A stretch of DNA of 64,000 nt from an uncultured Actinomycetes bacterium (GTDB lineage: Bacteria; Actinomycetota; UBA4738; HRBIN12): NCBI GenBank assembly GCA_963704885.1, contig CAVPIB010000004.1, forward strand, positions 288,001 through 352,000. The letters are read 5' to 3'. This document shows, piece after piece, positions 56,014 to 64,000 of this stretch; the first letter of the stretch is position 1; every line of letters begins with the position of its first letter. The translations under genes and the position numbers were made by a program. The notes under the pieces were generated by a model that searched no databases, was not told the DNA's origin, and worked only from the letters and a program-made list of their open reading frames with translations.

Positions 56014-56644
56014 TGGTCGTACCCTCCCTGCCCCGGGCGGTGAGGGCGTCGCTCGACAGATCGGCTCCGCTGCTGAAGGAATAGAGGCCCGTGTTGTCCC
56101 CGGTCTCCTCGGCGTTGGACAACCATGGGTTCACCCAGCCGCGGACCGATTCCAGACGGGTGAGCCAGCTGGCTATGCTCTCGAACCCGTCGGCGCCACC
56201 TTCGACCGTGAACGCGCCGGCGAACGCGGTGGGAACGGTCGTATCCGTGGTGGTCGCAGCACCGGTCGCTATTGCCCCCGAGAGCGCCGCGTCGTACGAC
56301 AAGAGGTAGGCGTCGGACGGGATCACCTTCGAGAGATCCATCAGCAGTTGCGAGAACGAGACCTCCCCCGCATAGGCCACCGAGAGCAGGGCCTGCTTGC
56401 CGGCGGCCTCTTCCTGGAGCGCTTGAGCGTCCTGCAGCCCGTCGATCTCCGTCTGGAGCCCGACGTTCGTCGCGTTCTGGGCCGCGATGTCGTCGTTGAC
56501 GCCCGAGAGCTTCTGGCCCTGCAGGAACCAGAAGCCCACCAGGACCGCCACGATCACCGCGCCGGCGCCGATTATCAGGGTGGTCAGCCGTCGGGTCTTC
56601 TGCCGTGACAGGAGTTCGGGGGGAAGGAGGTTGACCTGGCTCAC
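56003..56644 (-). CDS. pilN: type IV pilus alignment protein PilN
   Basis: N-terminal VNLLP PilM-binding motif, TM, coiled coil. Confidence 0.88.
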   Translation of the reverse strand: MSQVNLLPPELLSRQKTRRLTTLIIGAGAVIVAVLVGFWFLQGQKLSGVNDDIAAQNATNVGLQTEIDGLQDAQALQEEAAGKQALLSVAYAGEVSFSQLLMDLSKVIPSDAYLLSYDAALSGAIATGAATTTDTTVPTAFAGAFTVEGGADGFESIASWLTRLESVRGWVNPWLSNAEETGDNTGLYSFSSGADLSSDALTARGREGTTSGG

Positions 56645-57696
56645 GCGAAATGCCTCCCGGGGATCCCCAGACCGACGGCAACCGCCAAGACGGGCTCGGC
56701 CTCGGCGAGCGCCTCCTCAGATAGCGAGAGTTGGGATTTGGCTCGGCGGAACACGCGGCCTCGCTCGATCACAGCCGGGACGCGTTCCTGCAGGAGCTCC
56801 AGGAACCCCTGCAGCTTCGACCCGCCGCCGATCACCAATACCCTGCCGATCCGAGCGCCTCTGGTCTGCGCCGTGTAGAACTCGAGCGACGAACGGACCT
56901 CGTCCACGAAGTTCTGCGCTCTCTGCATGGAGACGCGGCGAACCTCCTCCATCTCGGGACCGCCCTCGACCACCTCGCCGCGCTTCAACCGTTCGGCTAC
57001 GTCGTCCTCGACCCCGAAGCTGCGGGCGATCGCGAGAGTGATGTCGCGCCCCCCCGACGGCAGGATGCGGACGAATCGCGTTACCCCGCGTTCATGCACG
57101 AGGATGTTCGTGACGGTCGCACCGATGTCGACGATCGCCTCCTCGCCGCCCTCTTCGTCCTCCATCCCGACCTCGGGCATGCCCACCGCGCGCGCCATGG
57201 CGAACGGCACCAGGTCCACACCGACGGGCTCCAACTTGGCCGCGAGCGCCACGTCGACCACCGTGTTCACCATGATCCGCTGAGCCGCGACGAGGATGAG
57301 CCGCAGCATCCGGCGCCCTTCCTGCTCGAACTCCCCGAGCGGATCGAAGTCCAAGACGGCCTCTTCGACCGGCATCGGGATGAACTCCTGAGCCTGGAAT
57401 CCGAGCGACGCGCGCAGCTCTTTCTCCGGTAGCCAGGGCAGGGCGATCTCGCGAACCACGACGCGTTGGTTGCCTACGCCCATGTAGACCTGCCGGCTCT
57501 TGAATCCTCCGCGTTGCCAGAGCTCGCGGATGGCCTCGCTCACGATCTCGGGCTGGCGTATCTCCCCGGCCTCAACGGCGCCCTCGGGCAGCGGTACCTG
57601 CGCCGCCCGCACGACCACGGGGGTATCGCCCCCTTGGAGCTCGGCCGCGCGCACAGCGGTGGCGCCGATGTCGAGACCGATACGGACCTTCGCCAT
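56641..57696 (-). CDS. pilM: type IV pilus assembly protein PilM
   Basis: Actin/FtsA fold: IGLDIGA, VDIGAT, EVRSSLEFY, GGGS. Confidence 0.92.
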   Translation of the reverse strand: MAKVRIGLDIGATAVRAAELQGGDTPVVVRAAQVPLPEGAVEAGEIRQPEIVSEAIRELWQRGGFKSRQVYMGVGNQRVVVREIALPWLPEKELRASLGFQAQEFIPMPVEEAVLDFDPLGEFEQEGRRMLRLILVAAQRIMVNTVVDVALAAKLEPVGVDLVPFAMARAVGMPEVGMEDEEGGEEAIVDIGATVTNILVHERGVTRFVRILPSGGRDITLAIARSFGVEDDVAERLKRGEVVEGGPEMEEVRRVSMQRAQNFVDEVRSSLEFYTAQTRGARIGRVLVIGGGSKLQGFLELLQERVPAVIERGRVFRRAKSQLSLSEEALAEAEPVLAVAVGLGIPGRHFA

Positions 57697-57903
57697 CTAC
57701 GGTCCCTCCGTTCGAACGGACCGTTCCTCTAGGAACCGCCCCAGATCGGACTCCCGCAGGCGGTAGTTCTTACCCACACGAACCGCCGGAAGCTCTCCGC
57801 TCTTGATGAGTCGATAGACGGTCATGTTGGAGACGCGCATGGCTGAAGCGACCTCCGCCACCGTCAGGAGGCCACCGGCCACGAAGACCTGCGGTTCGCT
57901 CAC
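57697..57903 (-). CDS. BldC/excisionase-like (HTH_17) DNA-binding protein
   Basis: LLTVAEVASAMRVSNMTVYRLIKSGELPAVRVGKNYRL. Its stop abuts the pilM ATG (TAGATG). Start likely GTG 57903. Confidence 0.88.
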   Translation of the reverse strand: MSEPQVFVAGGLLTVAEVASAMRVSNMTVYRLIKSGELPAVRVGKNYRLRESDLGRFLEERSVRTEGP

Positions 57904-57924
57904 CCTCTCACCATCCCCACGTGG

Positions 57925-57979
57925 CACATGTGACACATGTTGAACATCTGCCACGTTAGAACTCATGAGCCACATGTAG
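57925..57979. repeat. array of six ~9-bp direct repeats (CACATG core)
   Basis: cacatgtga 57925, cacatgttg 57934, aacatctgc 57943, cacgttaga 57952, ctcatgagc 57962, cacatgtag 57971. Confidence 0.65.
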
Positions 57980-58100
57980 CCCAACGAGGATGCTTACGAA
58001 ACACCAGGTAGCAGGTGTAGTCAAACACCTCGGCTGACGAGTTTCTCGGGTCCTCTGAGAGCCATCGAGCGGCGAGATCGATCGAGGGCGATCGGGGGTT

Positions 58101-58877
58101 TCAGGTGAGGGAACTCAGGTACCAGGCCGCGATCCGCTCGCCCCAGAACGTGGCGACGAGGGCACCTGCTGCCAGGAAGGGGCCGAACGGGATCGCCGAC
58201 TTGCGACCGCGACCCGCGAGCAGGGCGATGATCCCACCGAGACCGCCGAGAAGGATGGCGGCGCCTGCCGCCACGCCGACGTAGGCAAGGCCGAGGGAGC
58301 CCAGCACCAGGCCGATGAGCAGCGTGAGCTTGACGTCCCCCATCCCAAGGCCGCGAGGGGCGATGAGCGCGATCAAGAAGAACACTCCCCCATATGCGAG
58401 CGCCCCCAGTAGCGCCCGAGCAGGGTCGAGGTCCTGTCCGAGCAACGCCCCCAGAAAGACGACGACCGCGAACGCGGGAACGGCCGGGTACGTGATGGCG
58501 TTAGGGATGATCTTGAGCTCGAGGTCGATGGCGGCCACCGCCAACATGACCGCGCAGAAGGCGCAGAGCATGACGATCAGGCAGGGGTTGTCGTGAACGA
58601 CGGTCACACCTGCGAAGGACGCGCTGGTGGTCGCTTCCAGGATCGGATAGCGCGCCGAGAAGTGTGTCCCGCAAGCATGACAGCGGCCCCGGAGCAGGAG
58701 GTACGACGCGATAGGGATGTTGTCCCGAGCACGGACCTCGGCGCCGCAGTGCGGGCACCTTGATCGAGGCGAGACTATCGATTCCTTCTTCGGGACACGA
58801 TCGACCACCACCGTGAGGAAGCTCCCCACGGCCAGACCGATCAGGCCGGCGACGATCGCCCGGAACGCGGTATCCAC
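58101..58877 (-). CDS. pilD: prepilin peptidase (A24A)
   Basis: GSFL, PRSRCPHC, DNIP..LLRGRCHAC, ID..IIP, GMGDVKL, IPFGPFL. Confidence 0.95.
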   Translation of the reverse strand: MDTAFRAIVAGLIGLAVGSFLTVVVDRVPKKESIVSPRSRCPHCGAEVRARDNIPIASYLLLRGRCHACGTHFSARYPILEATTSASFAGVTVVHDNPCLIVMLCAFCAVMLAVAAIDLELKIIPNAITYPAVPAFAVVVFLGALLGQDLDPARALLGALAYGGVFFLIALIAPRGLGMGDVKLTLLIGLVLGSLGLAYVGVAAGAAILLGGLGGIIALLAGRGRKSAIPFGPFLAAGALVATFWGERIAAWYLSSLT

Positions 58878-58901
58878 GTGGGGGTCGATGCTAGCGCGTC
58901 G

Positions 58902-60677
58902 CTACGGACAGCCCGTGGAGGCGCTGTAGTTCCAAGCGCACGCGGCCTTCTGCTCGATCCACGTCACGATCTGCCATGCGGCGGCGACGGGCGTCAGGAA
59001 GCGCGGCGGCGACTGGTACTTCATCCGGTTGTCGTAGTTGTAGTTCTTCGCGTAGCCGGTCGACCCGATAAGGGTGATGATGCCTCGGTACTTCTGCGCG
59101 ATCGCGCCGTTGATCGTGATGGTCATCGTCACGCCGCTTGGGTTGTTGTCTCCGTACGAGTAGTTCTGTGCCCGGAAGGAGTGGGCAAGCGACAGGATGG
59201 CGGCCTGCACCGTCGGAAGACGGAGCGCGGTGGCCTGCAGGGAACCCGCGCCGGGCCAGGCTATCCGAAGGTTGCAGCCTCCGTTGACGTTGCCGCCATC
59301 GCAGTTGGTGGTCGAGCCATCGGTCCGAACCGGGTGGTAGATCTCGACGTAGTTGTTGGCGACAAGACCCAGCAGGTCACTGCCTCCGGTCCCGCTCTGA
59401 TACGTCACGCTTCCGATCACGTCGATGTTGTTGTCGGCGGCGATCGTGAGCCGACCCTTGAGCGTACCTCTGAGGAACACGTCCCCGTCGCGGCAACCGT
59501 AGGTCGTGATGTCGTAGCGCTGCGGGTAGCCCAGTGGGTGCGCTCGATTGATCCCTCCCCCGGGAGCGGTGACGGAGTACGGGCACCCGCTCGTGTAGTT
59601 CGGGTCGGTCGCGGTCGAGGGTACGTTCTGTACGTAGATGACTCCGTTCGCCGGCAGCGGCTTACCCGTCCCCAGGCAGTTCGTGTTGGTCGACTTGGTG
59701 AACGGACTCGTCACATCCATCGTCCCGGCGGAGTTCAGCACGATGGCGGTCGGGCCCGTGTACAGACAGCCGGTGCCGCCGAGCGCTCCATCGGCATCGG
59801 CCTTGATCGCGATGTTGTTGGGCGGCATGGTCAGCGGAACCGCGTACTTCGGGTCGCCGGCGTTCGTGAAGACCGGGACCGACCCACAGCTGCCGCCGGT
59901 GTTCACCCATTTGTTCCCCGTAGCGGGGTTCCAGCTGGTGGTCACCTTGCCGTTGAAGACCGGGTCACCGCAGACACGGATCGCGTCGTTCGAGTGGAGC
60001 GGACCGTTGATCGTGTCGTAGGAGCTGAACGAGATCTCCGTGCACACGTTCCCGTCCGTGTCGCCGGCGAAGTCCGTTCGCCCCGGGATGTCGCGGCCCT
60101 CGTAGTAGCGCTTCGCGCAGTACGTCTGCGCCTGCGCGGGGGTGTAATCGTCGCTCGAATTGTAGGCTGCCGGGTCCTTCGTCTCGTAATCCGTGAAGTA
60201 CAAGAAGTCCAGGAACGAGCGGCGGCGAAGCGTCGCTTGAACCGACCGCGTGACGTTGCGGGAGCGTCCCGTCGCCGTGATGATGACCGCGCCCTGAGAC
60301 GTGAGGTTCGATGTGTCCACCGAATAGCGGAAGCATGGGAGGTTCGAGTTCGCACTGGCCGTGCAGGTAACGCTCGCAGAACCCGAGTCGGGGACCGACA
60401 CCCAGCTGGTGAACGCCAGGTTGCCGTCAGGTGGAAGGCTCGTGGCCGAGTACAGGTAGTATTGATCGTTCTCGTTGAGCCGGAACAGGTAGTCGTCCAG
60501 GCCGGCCTCGGCCGCCGCGAGCGCGGCGTTCCAATCCTGGTCGCGTCGCGAGAGCGGCTGGGAACCGAGCGCATAAGCCATGGTCCCGGCCACGATGATC
60601 AGCATGATCATCGATAGGAGCAGCACCGTGACGAGGACGACCCCGTCCTCGTTGTCCCTACGCGATCGCTTCAGCAT
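58902..60677 (-). CDS. large PilX/GspK-like minor pilin
   Basis: Class III signal EDG|VVLVTVLL lacking Glu5, ALAAAEAG motif, large Cys/Thr/Asn-rich extracellular domain. Confidence 0.78.
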   Translation of the reverse strand: MLKRSRRDNEDGVVLVTVLLLSMIMLIIVAGTMAYALGSQPLSRRDQDWNAALAAAEAGLDDYLFRLNENDQYYLYSATSLPPDGNLAFTSWVSVPDSGSASVTCTASANSNLPCFRYSVDTSNLTSQGAVIITATGRSRNVTRSVQATLRRRSFLDFLYFTDYETKDPAAYNSSDDYTPAQAQTYCAKRYYEGRDIPGRTDFAGDTDGNVCTEISFSSYDTINGPLHSNDAIRVCGDPVFNGKVTTSWNPATGNKWVNTGGSCGSVPVFTNAGDPKYAVPLTMPPNNIAIKADADGALGGTGCLYTGPTAIVLNSAGTMDVTSPFTKSTNTNCLGTGKPLPANGVIYVQNVPSTATDPNYTSGCPYSVTAPGGGINRAHPLGYPQRYDITTYGCRDGDVFLRGTLKGRLTIAADNNIDVIGSVTYQSGTGGSDLLGLVANNYVEIYHPVRTDGSTTNCDGGNVNGGCNLRIAWPGAGSLQATALRLPTVQAAILSLAHSFRAQNYSYGDNNPSGVTMTITINGAIAQKYRGIITLIGSTGYAKNYNYDNRMKYQSPPRFLTPVAAAWQIVTWIEQKAACAWNYSASTGCP

Positions 60678-60688
60678 CGTCCATCACC

Positions 60689-61438
60689 TCAGGGGCTCGG
60701 GCTCGGGAGCGGGTTGTAGTCGACGTTCGGCAGACGCACGCGATTGATCAAAGTGGTGTAGGGCACGTTGTAGTTGGTCGTGGCGCGGATGGCGAGGGTG
60801 ATCCCGATCGCGTTGACCAGCAGACGGTTCGTTGCCGACAGCGGCGTCTGTCCGGTCGTGAACGCCACCGGATTTCCCGTGGCATCGTCGTAGTAGTAGG
60901 TCAAGACGGGCAGGCTCGACGGGTTCGCGACGTACTTGCCCACGAGCCTGGTCGAATAGCCACCCGTGTACACACACGATGGCGGGGTACCGCCCGCGTC
61001 GGCGGCCACGATCTGTTCCTTCAGCACCGGAGGGTTGGCCACGGTGTCCACGAAGAGGTGGACGATGTCCGGGCACGGCGACGGGTTCGTGGCGGAGAGC
61101 GTGAGGTTCGAGTAGAACCACACCTCGGTGCCGCTCGCGTACGGCGGAGCGTTCCCGAACGCGCTGGCCGGCGCGATCGTGACGTCGAACGGTGAGGATG
61201 TGGAGTTGAGGCGGGCCGCGGTCCTCACGTCCTTGCTCACGGCGCCCATGAGGACCCGCGCCTCGTCCAGGTTCTGCAGTCGCAGATTCGCGCCAGTGGC
61301 GGCGTTCTGCAGCGAGACGAAACCCTGCGTAACGAAGCCGAGGACGACGGTCATGACGGAGACCGTCACGATCAGCTCCACGAGGGTGACCCCCTCCTGG
61401 GAGGAGGCCCGCCTGAGTCGGCTCACGAGGGCGCTCAT
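60689..61438 (-). CDS. PilW-like minor pilin
   Basis: QEG|VTLVELIV prepilin motif. ATG 61438 overlaps the upstream stop. Confidence 0.82.
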   Translation of the reverse strand: MSALVSRLRRASSQEGVTLVELIVTVSVMTVVLGFVTQGFVSLQNAATGANLRLQNLDEARVLMGAVSKDVRTAARLNSTSSPFDVTIAPASAFGNAPPYASGTEVWFYSNLTLSATNPSPCPDIVHLFVDTVANPPVLKEQIVAADAGGTPPSCVYTGGYSTRLVGKYVANPSSLPVLTYYYDDATGNPVAFTTGQTPLSATNRLLVNAIGITLAIRATTNYNVPYTTLINRVRLPNVDYNPLPSPSP

Positions 61439-62736
61439 GGCACGATCACCGTCACCGCGACCGGCGTCGGGGGGTCCAACGGGCTCAACGTGACCGAACC
61501 GCCGCTCGTGCTTCCGGCGGTCACGGACCACAACCCGTACGGCAGGGCGGCCGTGAGGTTGCCCGCGGCGTCGGTGGTGCCGAGCGTGTACGTGACACCG
61601 CTGGGGCAGCCGGAGTCGGCCGCGTGGGACACCATAACGATGCCACCGAGCGAGGGACGGCCGTAGCCGTCTCCGCGTGGACCAGGATCTCCGGCATGAG
61701 GATGGTCGAGACGCTCGTCGCGCCGGCGATCACCGCGATCGGCGTGGCGCGGCTCGCGCCGGGGTAATAGGAGAGCCCGCCGCCGTCGACGCCCTGCGGA
61801 TCCGCGTCGAGGCAGCTGCCGGCCCAGGCCTCGTAGCCGTCGACGTACGGGAACTGGCCGCCGATCGTTCGAGGGCTGCCGGCCCCGGTGAACGTCTTCT
61901 CGCCACCCGGGAGGATGTGCGTGTTGCCGAGCGAGACCGGCACGCTCGTGGGGGCCGCGCTTCCGGTGTTGCCGAGGAGCGTCAGGCCTCAGGGTCGCGG
62001 CGTCGTCGTACTGGAACTGCAGCGAGACGGTCGTCCCGACGGACACGGTCGCGGATTGCACGGGCGACGCGATCCCTTGGTCGTCGACGTAGTTCGCTCG
62101 GGCGAGGGCAACGGTGTAAGCGCCGGCTGGCTGGTACGCGAAGAACGCGCAGCCATCGGTCGTCGTGGTCTGCGTCTCCGACACGCTCGGACCGCTCAAT
62201 GCGACCGGGACACTCCCCTGTGGGGCACCCGCGGCGTTCCGCACCATCACCGCTACATGGCCGCTGGTGGTGTCGTAGGTGCCGACCGGCGGAGTTATGA
62301 CGGTATGAGAGACCGGTGCCGGCACGCCGGCCATGTTGTTCCACGTCACGGAAACGGTGACGGAGAGGTACGCGAGAGCCGAGCCCGAAGGTGCCTGGCA
62401 GGGACCGGACGTCGCGTTAGGCGTCACCCACTGGGTCTCGCGCGTGACCGTATACGGGACACCATCTACGGTCTGGGATGCGGTCACCAACCCCATCGGG
62501 AGGCCCGTGAACTCGGTGCTGCGCACCGTGTCCATCTCCTGGGATGCCAGGTTGGCGGCGATCGAGCGGTTGCGGTTCTGGCGGGTCAGGTTGAGCGAGC
62601 TGCTCATGCCCGCGACGATCCCCCCGATCACCAGCGCGAAGATGAAGATGCCGACGACGAGCTCTACCATGGTGAAGCCACCCTCGTCCGCGCGGCCCGA
62701 CGTGCGGACGCGCATTCGGTGCAGCGCTCTGATCAT
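61435..62736 (-). CDS. PilV-like minor pilin with C-terminal beta-sandwich domains (two compensating frameshifts)
   Basis: EGG|FTMVELVV. The segment ~61990-61655 reads sensibly only in the alternative frame (ORF 61521..61943). Confidence 0.78.
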   Translation of the reverse strand: MIRALHRMRVRTSGRADEGGFTMVELVVGIFIFALVIGGIVAGMSSSLNLTRQNRNRSIAANLASQEMDTVRSTEFTGLPMGLVTASQTVDGVPYTVTRETQWVTPNATSGPCQAPSGSALAYLSVTVSVTWNNMAGVPAPVSHTVITPPVGTYDTTSGHVAVMVRNAAGAPQGSVPVALSGPSVSETQTTTTDGCAFFAYQPAGAYTVALARANYVDDQGIASPVQSATVSVGTTVSLQFQYDDAATLRPDAPRQHRKRGPHERAGLARQHAHPPGWREDVHRGRQPSNDRRPVPVRRRLRGLGRQLPRRGSAGRRRRRALLLPRREPRHADRGDRRRDERLDHPHAGDPGPRGDGYGRPSLGGIVMVSHAADSGCPSGVTYTLGTTDAAGNLTAALPYGLWSVTAGSTSGGSVTLSPLDPPTPVAVTVIVP

Positions 62737-62775
62737 GGGCGTTCGCCTACCACCTTCATGTCCGTCAGATAAGCG

Positions 62776-62802
62776 TCGGCAGAACGGGGGGCACGCTTTA
62801 GG
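62776..62802 (-). promoter_or_regulatory. candidate sigma-28 (FliA/WhiG) promoter for the minor pilin genes
   Basis: CCTAAAGC-N14-GCCGA, about 40 nt upstream of the ATG. Confidence 0.6.
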
Positions 62803-62861
62803 GCCATCGTGAGTTACCGGGTTCGGGTATCGGTCGAAGACGGCCCTGAGCACCGCAGATA

Positions 62862-62890
62862 CGGAAAGGGCGGCCCGAGGCCGCCCCTTC
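62862..62890 (-). terminator. hairpin after the major pilin gene
   Basis: AAGGGGCGGCC-TCG-GGCCGCCCTTT. Confidence 0.6.
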
Positions 62891-62911
62891 GTGATGCCAA
62901 CTCCCCGTCGC

Positions 62912-63392
62912 TTACGGGAAGGTCGGTCCGACGGCAGCAGCAGCTGCCGCGCCAGTGGCAGGCAGCACCGGAACCGTACGTCGTGCCGTTCGCCGACCTA
63001 TCCGGATCCAGTAGCAGGTGCCTGACGCGGACATCCGAGCTGCGGCCCATTCCGTGGCCGAGACCACCGAAACGCTCACCGGCGCCGGGGCGGCCACCGT
63101 AGAGGCGGCCGGGGGAGTCCACGTACGTGCAGGCGACGGCTCGACTGTCGAGCAGGCCCGCAGCGTTGGTCTCGCCGTGTACGACGCTGTTATCCGTGTA
63201 GATCGTCTTCGCGGACACCAGGGCGTTACGAAGGTCCGACTGTGCGGCACGGTTCTGGGCCCTCGTACGAGCACCCAGGAACGTCGGCAGTGCGATGGCG
63301 ATCAGGATGCCGATGATCAGAACGACCACCATCAGCTCGATGAGGGTGAAGCCTTCCTCATCCTGCTTGCGCTCGATGAAGCGCTTAAGCAT
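62912..63392 (-). CDS. pilA: type IV major pilin (several frameshifts in this assembly)
   Basis: EEG|FTLIELMVVVLIIGILIAIALPTF; own SD, promoter and terminator. The C-terminus ..ARMSASGTCYWI..GPTFP* is in another frame. Confidence 0.85.
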
Positions 63393-63455
63393 CTGCGTCA
63401 ACTCCCTTCCTTGGGTCTCAGACGCGCCCTTGCGGCGCACCTACTGAGTCGGGTT

Positions 63456-63482
63456 TCGGTCGGATGGGTCACGGGCTTGAGG
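63456..63482 (-). promoter_or_regulatory. candidate sigma-28 (FliA/WhiG) promoter for pilA
   Basis: CCTCAAGC-N14-ACCGA, with the same spacing as the copy at 62776-62802. Confidence 0.55.
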
Positions 63483-63543
63483 GTCTTGCTCGCCATCACG
63501 GAAAGATGACCCGGAAGGACTACCTAGGATCGGGTACGCTTTG

Positions 63544-64000
63544 CTACCAGCCGCGGCGGCTGGGGTGGTGGCTGTGACATTGCCCACCGTGCCGGCCCAT
63601 GAGGCGTTGCAGTTCGCCGCGGTCGTCTTGCCGTACTTCGTCCCAGTGGTCGAATCGACGATCACGAAACATGAGGTCGAAGTCGCCATCCGCGCGACGG
63701 AGAACTGCGTGGCTGTCGAAGCGACGCTGATGGAGCCTTCGCCGACCCCACTCACGCACGCGACGGTCCCACTCGCGGCGGACACCGTGCCGCCGCCCAC
63801 GTAGCACATGTTGGGCACGATCTGCACCAGACCTGTGTTGAGCTCGTTGGCGGAGGAGAAGGTGGCTTGTCGGTGAAGAGGATCCTGGCTGCGAGGACGG
63901 TGTTCCGGAGCATCGGTCTGTGCAGCGCGATCCTGGAAGCGCGCCTTCACTCCGAGGAAGGTCGGCAGGCCCATCACGAGGAGGATTGCAAGGATCATCA
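63544..64000 (-). CDS. second PilA-like pilin (5' end outside the window; frameshifted)
   Basis: ILAILLVMGLPTFLG..QDRAAQTD(LRNTVLAARILFTD) is paralogous to pilA. Indels near 63911, 63867 and 63555. Confidence 0.78.
   Translation of the reverse strand, partial: DDPCNPPRDGPADLPRSEGALPGSRCTDRCSGTPSSQPGSSSPTSHLLLRQRAQHRSGADRAQHVLRGRRHGVRREWDRRVREWGRRRLHQRRFDSHAVLRRADGDFDLMFRDRRFDHWDEVRQDDRGELQRLMGRHGGQCHSHHPSRRGW

Noticed and set aside
57925-57979. CRISPR array or prophage/ICE suggested by repeats next to an excisionase-like gene
   Set aside because: Units are 9 bp with no spacers, and there are no cas, integrase or att features. The HTH gene is coupled to pilM.
58878-60617. 579-aa plus-strand ORF, and similar long ones at 19222-20949 and 41909-43711
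   Set aside because: Antisense shadows of real genes caused by high-GC codon bias; Arg/Gly/Val-rich with no recognisable motifs.
63393-63543. c-di-GMP riboswitch upstream of pilA
   Set aside because: Only a simple hairpin (CTCAG..GCGCC-GCAA-GGGCGC..CTGAG) is present; I could not match class I or II consensus features.

Overview
High-GC chromosomal backbone of an Actinomycetota bacterium (mIHF, actinobacterial 23S domain III insertion, conserved actinobacterial gene order), probably from a deep-branching lineage. Most genes are on the minus strand. Read in that direction, the window holds: a type IV pilus cluster (two pilins, three minor pilins, pilD, a BldC/Xis-like HTH gene, pilMNO and a PilP-like gene); aroC-aroK-aroB-aroQ-pepQ-efp-nusB; a PyrR-regulated pyr/car operon; mihF-gmk-rpoZ-coaBC-metK-priA-def-fmt-rsmB-rpe; a REC-GGDEF gene; an FMN-riboswitch rib operon; infC-rpmI-rplT; pheST; argF-polX-mpg; tyrS; a full 16S-23S-5S rRNA operon without spacer tRNAs; and tlyA-nadK-recN. 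I found no mobile element or CRISPR array. The most unusual observations are: (1) a SpoU/TrmH RNA methyltransferase fused in frame to a histidine-kinase core that keeps its phospho-His but has a degenerate ATP-binding site; (2) a PyrK/PyrD pair that is intact and coupled in the pyr operon but lacks the catalytic Cys and the substrate-binding Asn residues; (3) a BldC-like gene directly upstream of pilM, preceded by a 9-bp-periodic repeat array, with paired sigma-28-like promoters on the pilin genes; (4) an apparent GUC start for infC; (5) coaBC and priA both lacking a canonical start codon at TAG-C junctions. Clustered indels in the last 2.4 kb look like assembly errors. All calls come from motif recognition by eye; no database searches were run.
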